From a virus (taxonomy: Duplodnaviria; Caudoviricetes): a stretch of DNA of 55,180 nt. The position numbers and the translations under genes were made by a program. The stretch is from positions 1 to 55,180 of the IMG/VR virus record IMGVR_UViG_3300036845_000183. One strand, 5' to 3'. The notes under the pieces were generated by a model. The model had not been told where the DNA came from. It did no database searches and saw only the letters and a list, made by a program, of their open reading frames with translations. Of the stretch, positions 1-6,794 are shown one piece after another. The first letter of the stretch is position 1. Each line of letters opens with the position of its first letter.

Positions 1-166
1 GTTCGGCATGCCATTGCGCCTGCGTCTTCGGGGTGATGAAGCCGGCGAAGTAGTTGGGCTTTTTCTGCTCCTGCCCTTTGTAGTTCGTGCTCGGTGACCA
101 AAGGTGTCGCATGTCCACGATGCGAACATTAAACAGGGTGAAAGGTTCGTACTGTCTGTTAGCCAT
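1..166 (-). CDS. ssDNA-binding protein (DUF2815-like), N-terminal part cut by the window edge
   Basis: Same N-terminus (MANRQYEPFTLFNVRIVDMRHLWSP) as 51888-52685. Confidence 0.85.
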   Translation of the reverse strand, partial: MANRQYEPFTLFNVRIVDMRHLWSPSTNYKGQEQKKPNYFAGFITPKTQAQWHAE

Positions 167-212
167 TTTCAGTTGCTCACTTTTTCAATTTGCCGGGTCC
201 GCCGGCAGCGGT

Positions 213-659
213 TTACAGAACCTTAGGGTAGCCAATTTCCGCGGATTTCTCGTTGAATACTTCTGTCGCGGCATCGGCGATCATGAACCCGTTCGCTTGC
301 GCAAGCAAGTCTAAGTACACAAATATATCGCCAAGTTCCTTGCGAAGTTTGTTGCGCAATTCTTCTGGCGTTTCTTTGTTACCTTTAACGCCGTCGCGAA
401 CACGATTGAGTTTCTTCGCAATGTTGGCAGCTTCGCCCAATTCGCCAAGCACGGCGACGAACCAATCTGACGTACTCCATTCGTTTAGCTTGTGATTGAA
501 GCCCGACGGGCTCTCGCAACGTTCGCGGTTTGCTTCGCTGAAATTTTCAAAGGTCAAAGTCGCTCTCTGTGGGAGTCCTTTGCAGCTATGCGGCGTTCCT
601 GCCCATAGCTGCTCTCCACACTCGGCGCACCCACCCAAAGCGTCCATGTAATCTGTCAT
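213..659 (-). CDS. mazG: MazG-like nucleotide pyrophosphohydrolase
   Basis: GELGEAANIAKK...KELGDIFVYLDLLA, the EXXE/EXXD all-alpha NTP-PPase signature. Confidence 0.85.
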   Translation of the reverse strand: MTDYMDALGGCAECGEQLWAGTPHSCKGLPQRATLTFENFSEANRERCESPSGFNHKLNEWSTSDWFVAVLGELGEAANIAKKLNRVRDGVKGNKETPEELRNKLRKELGDIFVYLDLLAQANGFMIADAATEVFNEKSAEIGYPKVL

Positions 660-661
660 GT

Positions 662-1609
662 TCAGTACGACGCTTTGAGCGTCCCTTCTGGTTTATGCGC
701 GCCAACAGCGGCGTACATCTTGCCGCTCGCGCCGAGCTTTTCGGCCTGGGCCGGCGAGACTGGCTTAACACCTTTGGCGCCGTATTGCGTATAGAGATGT
801 AGTGCGGCCTGGGTGTCGTCGTTCCAGCTTCGAAAACTTCGGCTCGTCTTCAGTGAAGCGCCTTGCGCTTGGTGCCCGAGTTTGAGCTTGACGGTCAAGG
901 CTTCCTCGTAAACTGGCTTGACGTCGCCCAGCGCGCGAATAAGCCGCAGCAGCCGCACAAGCTCGTCAGCCGTCAGATCTTCGATACGGCGCGTCATCGC
1001 GCCCATGACGAAGCCGGCATCGGTCGACATGGCCGGACAGACCTGAAAAGCCTTGCACCATCTGCACCACGGGCCTGGCTTCGGCGCGCTGCGATCGGCG
1101 ATGGCGCGAAGCACGCGAATTTTGTGCGCTTCGACTTCCGATCGGTGGTGTACCCATTGCTTCCACGGGTCTTCATCCAAGCCATTCGGCTGATAGATCA
1201 CGAAGCGCCACCACTCTGAAGACAGCGACGAAAGCAGACATGCCGCGTACGTCATAAGCTGCAAGTTGTGTTTCGCTGGCACGTCCCATTTGCCAAACTT
1301 ACCGTCAATGATTGTCGTGATACGCCGAGTGGGGTTCATGAGGTCGATAGTTCCGCCGCAGTCGTCAGTCAATTTTACCCGCAGCTCGCGTTCCAAGATT
1401 GGGTAGTCATCGTCGTATTCAAGCTGCGCTAGGAAGGCCTCAACCTCTGGGCTGCCGCCGGCTTCCATCACGACATGCTGCGCTGTACCGGCGTCGGCCG
1501 CTGCGACCGTCTCGGCTTTCTTCGGCGCATCGGGCACGGCGTTCAGCGCCGACCAGGGGCACTCAATCCACGTTGCGGTTGACGATGCGTTGAAAACGTC
1601 GTGGCTCAT
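662..1609 (-). CDS. Cas4-like / PD-(D/E)XK exonuclease (DUF2800-like), allele 1
   Basis: N-terminal WIECP, GTID...IDGKFG, QLMTYA, C-terminal WCRWC..C cluster; GGAG SD before MSHDVF. Confidence 0.85.
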   Translation of the reverse strand: MSHDVFNASSTATWIECPWSALNAVPDAPKKAETVAAADAGTAQHVVMEAGGSPEVEAFLAQLEYDDDYPILERELRVKLTDDCGGTIDLMNPTRRITTIIDGKFGKWDVPAKHNLQLMTYAACLLSSLSSEWWRFVIYQPNGLDEDPWKQWVHHRSEVEAHKIRVLRAIADRSAPKPGPWCRWCKAFQVCPAMSTDAGFVMGAMTRRIEDLTADELVRLLRLIRALGDVKPVYEEALTVKLKLGHQAQGASLKTSRSFRSWNDDTQAALHLYTQYGAKGVKPVSPAQAEKLGASGKMYAAVGAHKPEGTLKASY

Positions 1610-1747
1610 AGTGGCTCCCTGTGCTCGCATCGAACAAGCTTCTAGCACACACTTCGATTTTCGGCTCTGCGTCCAGGTCCTTCATCGGACACGCCTACTG
1701 ACTTCGCATGTGATCGGTTTTAGCCTTATAAACTAACAGGGAAAACT

Positions 1748-1942
1748 TCAACCGTTCGGCTTACTCCGACGCAGTCCGTCCGTGCCATGATCGCGTGCAT
1801 AGCAGGCCTGTTCGTAGCCCGGCGCGCATGCCACCAATGGTGCTACCTGCGTCTGGCAGTAATTTATGGCTTCGATCTGCCGGGGCGTGATCGGTCCCTG
1901 GATAACCAGGGTCAAAAGAATGGAACAAAAAGCTGCGTCCAC
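1748..1942 (-). CDS. Hypothetical small protein with hydrophobic N-terminus, Cys-containing
   Basis: AGGAGG SD; near-identical protein at 54172-54366. Confidence 0.7.
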   Translation of the reverse strand: MDAAFCSILLTLVIQGPITPRQIEAINYCQTQVAPLVACAPGYEQACYARDHGTDGLRRSKPNG

Positions 1943-1965
1943 GGTAGTTCCTCCTGTTAAAATTC

Positions 1966-1996
1966 GGGGGTTGGTAGAGGTTCGATACCAACCCCC
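1966..1996 (-). terminator. Hairpin / probable terminator
   Basis: 11-bp perfect stem GGGGGTTGGTA/TACCAACCCCC followed by GAATTTT on the minus strand. Confidence 0.5.
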
Positions 1997-2020
1997 ACGA
2001 CATCGTCGAACCGACGCCGT

Positions 2021-2470
2021 TTAACTTACGCCCATCAGCTTGGCGATACCCTCCAGCGCCGGCATCGTCAGCTTGGGCAGAAAATGGCTCTTGATCTGGT
2101 CCATTGTGGCCGCCGATGCGTCGTGGCCGTTCTTCGCCAGCTCGCCGCGGAACCATGCCAGTGCCGGCTCAAGCGGCGACCCTGCGGCCAACGTGGCGTC
2201 CAGTTTCGCCGCGATCTTGCCAACCGTAGCCGTGACTTCGGGCGCCGGGCCTGCGGCCTGCGAAACTTGCCAAGCCGGTTGAGAATTGGAAGTGCTGGTG
2301 TTCGGCGGATTGAACTGCGTCGTTGGTACTTGCATCGGCGCCGGCACGTTCACGGCTGCCGCGCCATGCGGGGGCGTGTCGTCGTCGCCCTTGTCTTTCG
2401 GGCCGCGCTTGCCTTTCAGCTCGGCAACGAAGACCTTGACTTCCTCAATGCTGTCAAATTCAAGTTTCAT
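2021..2470 (-). CDS. Hypothetical replication-region protein with Pro/Ala linker, allele 1
   Basis: Homologue at 54456-54923 with conserved C-terminal domain. Confidence 0.8.
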   Translation of the reverse strand: MKLEFDSIEEVKVFVAELKGKRGPKDKGDDDTPPHGAAAVNVPAPMQVPTTQFNPPNTSTSNSQPAWQVSQAAGPAPEVTATVGKIAAKLDATLAAGSPLEPALAWFRGELAKNGHDASAATMDQIKSHFLPKLTMPALEGIAKLMGVS

Positions 2471-2489
2471 GTCTGTTTCCTGGGTTTGA

Positions 2490-2525
2490 GATGTTTTGTC
2501 TTACACTAAATCCGTACAGTGTCAA
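2490..2525 (-). promoter_or_regulatory. Sigma70-like promoter
   Basis: TTGACA-CTGTACGGATTTAGTG-TAAGAC, conserved in both terminal copies. Confidence 0.55.
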
Positions 2526-2528
2526 CTA

Positions 2529-2801
2529 CTATTCTTTGTAGTCCGAAAGATTGAGAGGAACTAGAACCCGTTCGAAAAATTTTATCGTGCCCCACTCAGG
2601 GCACAAACGCTCCGACAGCTCTTTGCTTCTATTGCACTGTGGGTGCCCGTATCCTTCGCCATAGAAAACTAGCCCTTTTTCAGGGTGGACCACCCACCAG
2701 CTATCCAGGTACTGATGCAGGTATGGGCTCCTACTGTGGATGGTTGCATCGTTTTCAGCGACGAAATGGTACATGGCAGAACCAACAACGTACTTTTTCA
2801 T
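2529..2801 (-). CDS. Hypothetical protein
   Basis: ORF coupled to the helicase stop; repeated (partial) at 54981-55180. Confidence 0.75.
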   Translation of the reverse strand: MKKYVVGSAMYHFVAENDATIHSRSPYLHQYLDSWWVVHPEKGLVFYGEGYGHPQCNRSKELSERLCPEWGTIKFFERVLVPLNLSDYKE

Positions 2802-4405
2802 CGTTCGTGCATCCTTCCTTCGGTGTCAATAATCCCGTGCGCCACGTACCGGCCGTTCTGTGACCGCTTCAGGAACACGTTAGCGGGCGATGGCAGGTTC
2901 TGATAGGGCCAGTACGCCGTTGTGAACTTCGTTGTGAGCAGCCAGCCGTCGCCGCTCTTGACCGGTGGTGACACGATCTGCTGCCAGGGCTCATTCTCCA
3001 GTATCTTACGTATACTCACAGCCTCGTTTGCGCCACCGCGGGTTTTCAAATCCTTGCCGGCGCTCGTCACAATCGTGTTATCGTACTGACAAAAGGGGCA
3101 GATCGGATGCAGGAACGCGGCGTAAGTTTCCTGGCATGCTGCGCACTGCTTGATGTCGGATTGCTGCTGGCCACAATGCGGGCACCGCATGCCGTGAAAA
3201 TGCGGGTCGAATCGTTCGCCACAGGCCTTGCACTTCGGGGCGCTGTGGTGAATTTCCGCGCACTTCGGACACGTCTTGCCGTGCTCCCAAGTCTCCCATT
3301 CGCCAGGGCAGATTTCGCCGTCGCAAGTCAGCATGCGGCCCGGCGCTGCCATCACGGCGTCCAAGGCGCCATGCCTGGCGATATTGCCACCGAAGTCCGA
3401 GACGAGACAGTTCTGCGCTAGCGGAGTGATCCGCGCGCCGCGACCCAGCCCCTGAGCGTAGTAAACGGCCGATTTAGTGGCCCTCCCAAAAATTAGGTAG
3501 TCAATGCCCGGCACGTCGAAGCCCGTGCTGAACATGTTGCAGGAAACCAGGATGCCGTTTTCGCACTGCTCAAACCATTCGGTAGCCTTGTCGCGCTTGC
3601 CGTCGATGGATTTCGAGTGGACCCCTGCAACGGGGGCGCCTAGCCGCCTGTACTCTGCTTCTATTTTGTCCACGTGCGCGATGTTGCAGCAGAAGAACAG
3701 CGCTTTTCGGCGGTTAAATTTCTGCATTACGTCCAGAGATGTTTTGACGTGGCTGGGTGCGAGCTTGATCGCCCGCGGCGCCATTTCGTCAAGATCGTAA
3801 TCGCCGGCTATGGTGCTCAACCCCTCAACGCTGATTGTCTCGTCTTCACCAGCGTCGACGGGGACTAGCGGCTTGACATAACCATCACGTAAAGCGTCAA
3901 GAAAAGTATAGCGAAATACAATCGGGCCGAAAGTTTTGGCAAGATCACCGGTGCCGTCGGCTCGGAAAGGAGTACCTGTAAGTCCGTGGATTTTTGCATG
4001 ACTCAGCTTCTCAAATAGCTTGCGGTACTGCGAAGACTTGGCTGGCGGGACCATGTGAACTTCGTCAACCAGGATCGCAACCACGTCTCGGAATAGGTGC
4101 ACGCGATTGATAATAGTTCCGATCGTCCCCACGGTTACGCGTGCGAATGCATTGGTCGATATCGAGGCGCTGCAGATGCCCGGACTCAAACCGATTTTAC
4201 GCAGAGCCAGCGTATTGTGCTGCACCAACTTCTTGTTGTGCGCTACGACCAGCACCCGGCCGAATACGCTGTAATGCGCAGCCAGAATGCCGAGCATGAA
4301 ACTCTTGCCGCCCGCAACCGACACTTCGGCCACGGAGAACTGGCCTTCGTACTGAATGAGGGCTGACGTTCCTTGAAGCTGGTGGTCGCGCGGTACGAAG
4401 GTCAC
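2798..4405 (-). CDS. SF2 (RadD/UvsW-like) DNA helicase with C-terminal zinc ribbons
   Basis: GGKS, DEVH, GLTGTP, TGFDVP, QGLGRGAR motifs; repeated CxxC pairs. Confidence 0.9.
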   Translation of the reverse strand: MTFVPRDHQLQGTSALIQYEGQFSVAEVSVAGGKSFMLGILAAHYSVFGRVLVVAHNKKLVQHNTLALRKIGLSPGICSASISTNAFARVTVGTIGTIINRVHLFRDVVAILVDEVHMVPPAKSSQYRKLFEKLSHAKIHGLTGTPFRADGTGDLAKTFGPIVFRYTFLDALRDGYVKPLVPVDAGEDETISVEGLSTIAGDYDLDEMAPRAIKLAPSHVKTSLDVMQKFNRRKALFFCCNIAHVDKIEAEYRRLGAPVAGVHSKSIDGKRDKATEWFEQCENGILVSCNMFSTGFDVPGIDYLIFGRATKSAVYYAQGLGRGARITPLAQNCLVSDFGGNIARHGALDAVMAAPGRMLTCDGEICPGEWETWEHGKTCPKCAEIHHSAPKCKACGERFDPHFHGMRCPHCGQQQSDIKQCAACQETYAAFLHPICPFCQYDNTIVTSAGKDLKTRGGANEAVSIRKILENEPWQQIVSPPVKSGDGWLLTTKFTTAYWPYQNLPSPANVFLKRSQNGRYVAHGIIDTEGRMHER

Positions 4406-4674
4406 GGTTTGCCTGTTCGCTTGAATCGACGACGCGACGCCCTCACGTCGTCAGCACGGCCCTTCCACATCTCGCATTCTTCGATTTCGTCTCGCAGTTC
4501 TGCGATCTCGGTTTCCGCGTCGGTCAGCGCCCGCAGGTCGTCCACGCAATCGAGGTAGAGTTGCGGCATGCCGGCTTCGATGCCCGCGTACCGCAGCCAG
4601 TCGAGAAAATCTTCGCGCGGCATCGTTGAGCTGAAGTGCTTTGTCTTGCGCCATGGCATCCAAGGTAGGGTCAT
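4402..4674 (-). CDS. Hypothetical protein (begins MTLPWMPW)
   Basis: Start overlaps upstream stop; coiled-coil-like C-terminus. Confidence 0.7.
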   Translation of the reverse strand: MTLPWMPWRKTKHFSSTMPREDFLDWLRYAGIEAGMPQLYLDCVDDLRALTDAETEIAELRDEIEECEMWKGRADDVRASRRRFKRTGKP

Positions 4675-4838
4675 AGGATGCACGCCACGAAAAAGAAACC
4701 GATGAACGCCAGCAGCAGCAACCACCGTTCGTCGAAGGTGACAGATCGCAGCGGTGGCGGCCCGAAGTCGTGGGAGAGCATGCGGCAGACCTCGGCGGTT
4801 GCGGCATGGCGGCGGTGTGCGTGCTGGCGGGGTGTCAT
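4671..4838 (-). CDS. Small protein with C-terminal TM helix
   Basis: GGAGGG SD; WLLLLAFIGFFFVACIL. Confidence 0.6.
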   Translation of the reverse strand: MTPRQHAHRRHAATAEVCRMLSHDFGPPPLRSVTFDERWLLLLAFIGFFFVACIL

Positions 4839-5035
4839 GCCTTGCCCTCCCTTTGGTAGCGCGCCCAGCGCATGGCGCACTCGGCGCCGCGGTCGTAGGC
4901 TTGCTTACCTACTTCGGTTTGCGGCCCGAGACTGGCCGGCGGGCTGTAACTACTGTTATAGTTTTCGAAGCCCGAATCGAACTCACGGAAGTTGTGATAC
5001 GGCGCATAAAGCGCCTTGAGCTGGTCCAGGGTCAT
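4835..5035 (-). CDS. Hypothetical protein
   Basis: Coupled ORF in early operon. Confidence 0.65.
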   Translation of the reverse strand: MTLDQLKALYAPYHNFREFDSGFENYNSSYSPPASLGPQTEVGKQAYDRGAECAMRWARYQREGKA

Positions 5036-5238
5036 GACGCGATCCTCCGTACGTTGATGGTTGTCGATGCGCCCCAGAGCGCCGAACGGCGCTTGCCGTC
5101 AACGTTCTGGAGCAGAACTCCGATCTTGCCGCGCGGCGTTTTCGCTCCTGCGGAGGTGTAGACCACGGTTTCGCCGGACCCGACGACGTCGCCCGGACGG
5201 AGGTATCGGGCGACGATTTTGGTGATTTGTTCGGTCAT
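5032..5238 (-). CDS. Hypothetical SH3-like small protein
   Basis: GGAGG SD; LRPGDVV motif. Confidence 0.65.
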   Translation of the reverse strand: MTEQITKIVARYLRPGDVVGSGETVVYTSAGAKTPRGKIGVLLQNVDGKRRSALWGASTTINVRRIAS

Positions 5239-5241
5239 CGT

Positions 5242-5433
5242 TCAGTCCTCCGCTTGAAACAGGAAATGACCCACCAAGCCGCGACCGCTAAGAAGCGTCG
5301 CAAGGTTGTCATTCAGGGTAGACAGTTCCATTTTGGCGTACCGGTTGCCGGCGGCAAGACGCGCTTCGGTCGCCGCGATGTCGCGCCTGATTTCAGCAAT
5401 TTTCTTGTCGACTCGCTTCTGACTGACCGCCAT
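5242..5433 (-). CDS. Hypothetical protein
   Basis: ORF in early operon. Confidence 0.6.
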   Translation of the reverse strand: MAVSQKRVDKKIAEIRRDIAATEARLAAGNRYAKMELSTLNDNLATLLSGRGLVGHFLFQAED

Positions 5434-5434
5434 G

Positions 5435-5599
5435 TCACGCCGCCTTCGAAAAGAGCTGCACGCCAGCGGGCGGGTTGGCGTTCTGCCAAGCGAAGTGCAG
5501 TTCCTCGGCGAAGAACAGCGCGTACGCCTTGCCGGTCTTGCAGAGGCCGAAACGGCGGCGGGCTTCGGCGTGGGCGGTCTTCATGATCTGGGATTTCAT
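5435..5599 (-). CDS. Small early protein MKSQIMKTAHAEARRRF...LFSKAA (54 aa, not in ORF track)
   Basis: Translated by hand; directly follows the conserved 17-bp leader. Confidence 0.7.
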   Translation of the reverse strand: MKSQIMKTAHAEARRRFGLCKTGKAYALFFAEELHFAWQNANPPAGVQLFSKAA

Positions 5600-5603
5600 C
5601 GGG

Positions 5604-5663
5604 TGCTCTCCAGCGGTTGTTGATGTACGTACGATAGCACGAGTTTCGAGATTGCCTAATCAC
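5604..5663 (-). promoter_or_regulatory. Early promoter plus conserved leader ACAACCGCTGGAGAGCA (copy 1)
   Basis: Exact 17-mer at 5604-5620; upstream GTGATT...GTGCTAT...GTACGTACAT resembles 48317-48375. Confidence 0.8.
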
Positions 5664-5679
5664 TTTTTATTACAAATTG

Positions 5680-6006
5680 TTACAGTCGCAGCTCCAGACC
5701 CAATTCCTGCGCCCGGTCCCACACCCGCGCCATCAGTTCGCCGATCAGCATCATTTCCGCGCCGGGCTGCGGCATGCCCAGGTCTTGAAACTCCGTTGTA
5801 CTGCCATCTGAGAAGCTGCACACGCCCCGCGGAATGATCTGGCCCCGCGGCGTGTTCACCACCATGCGCAGCTCGGGCCGCTCGCTGCGCACCAGCACAG
5901 CGGTGCATGCCACCATCGTCGCCAAGTCGCGCTGGATTAGCGCCACCGTCTCGGCGACGGGCGCAGGCTCCCAGGGCATGCGGTGCGGTACTAGGTTGTC
6001 AGTCAC
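5680..6006 (-). CDS. Hypothetical protein (MTDNLVPHRMPWE...)
   Basis: GTG start near the upstream gene's stop. Confidence 0.6.
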   Translation of the reverse strand: MTDNLVPHRMPWEPAPVAETVALIQRDLATMVACTAVLVRSERPELRMVVNTPRGQIIPRGVCSFSDGSTTEFQDLGMPQPGAEMMLIGELMARVWDRAQELGLELRL

Positions 6007-6247
6007 GTTCTTCAGGCATGAAAAGCGGAAACTCTGGCTTTGATTCAGTATCGACAATCCAGCCGCATACAGTGCAGCGCCGTGACGTCTCCGCCCTCGT
6101 CACTCCGATACCGTGCATGTCGATCACGCCGTCATCCATGAAAGAATGATCGTAACCAGCCTCGCGTAGCTTTCGCGCTATCTCATCGTATGCCGACTGC
6201 GACAGCTCAAGTTCGGCATACGTATGCGTAGAGGTCAGTTTTCCCAC
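5999..6247 (-). CDS. Hypothetical protein with CxxC
   Basis: AAGGAG SD; ORF track. Confidence 0.65.
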   Translation of the reverse strand: MGKLTSTHTYAELELSQSAYDEIARKLREAGYDHSFMDDGVIDMHGIGVTRAETSRRCTVCGWIVDTESKPEFPLFMPEERD

Positions 6248-6250
6248 AGT

Positions 6251-6424
6251 TCACTCCTTTGTTTGGCCGCACACCGGGCAAGTGGTCCATTGCTGTGCAG
6301 TAGAACACCACGCACACGGAGGCTTTTCGATCGGTGCCGGTTTGCCGAGATACCAGCTCCGATCGATGTAATCGCGCTGGTTGCTGACTGGCGTGCATTT
6401 CGGATCGAAACCTAAGTCTCCCAT
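6251..6424 (-). CDS. Small zinc-ribbon protein (57 aa, CAWC...CPVC; not in ORF track)
   Basis: Translated by hand; AAGGA SD. Confidence 0.55.
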   Translation of the reverse strand: MGDLGFDPKCTPVSNQRDYIDRSWYLGKPAPIEKPPCAWCSTAQQWTTCPVCGQTKE

Positions 6425-6543
6425 GGCATCTTTTCCTTCTTTGGCGGCGGTGGTTGATGTGTCGCGCCGAGACGGCAGCGCACGCCGTCAAGCAAAGGTT
6501 TGCCGCAGGCGCAAACACCGTCCCACTCGCCGTTGATGGTCAT
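6412..6543 (-). CDS. Small protein MTINGEWDGVCACGK...KKEKMPWET (43 aa; not in ORF track)
   Basis: Translated by hand; ATGA overlap with upstream stop. Confidence 0.55.
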   Translation of the reverse strand: MTINGEWDGVCACGKPLLDGVRCRLGATHQPPPPKKEKMPWET

Positions 6544-6794
6544 TTGTCGCTGATCAGCAAACGCATATAAAACTTATGGTCGCTCGCTTCCGGCCATGTA
6601 CGCCAGTATAGCGTACCTATTTTGTCTTTCGCGTAGGTGCGGAAAGCTTCGCGAGCCTCGTTTTCCGCGCCGAATCCTTCAAGTTTAACGTATGGTTCGC
6701 CTGTGGGCGCGTAGCCAGGTGCTTTCGGCGTAAACTGAACGACGTGGTACCCCTGTTCAAGTTCTTTGCGAAGCAGGTGCAAAATTACGCTCAC
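6540..6794 (-). CDS. Hypothetical protein
   Basis: GTGA overlap with the primase stop. Confidence 0.6.
   Translation of the reverse strand: MSVILHLLRKELEQGYHVVQFTPKAPGYAPTGEPYVKLEGFGAENEAREAFRTYAKDKIGTLYWRTWPEASDHKFYMRLLISDK

Larger units (their letters stand above)
1..2728. repeat. Left copy of an imperfect terminal duplication (homologous to 52520-55180)
   Basis: 1-212 matches 52520-52731 and about 2487-2728 matches about 54939-55180 almost base for base; the interior is diverged with gene replacements. Confidence 0.95.

Noticed and set aside
662-1609. CRISPR-associated Cas4
   Set aside because: No cas1/cas2 or array; this is the stand-alone phage replication-module nuclease.
1966-2000. 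tRNA or tRNA fragment (GGTTCGATACC resembles a T-loop)
   Set aside because: No D or anticodon arm and no proper T-stem; it folds better as one simple hairpin.
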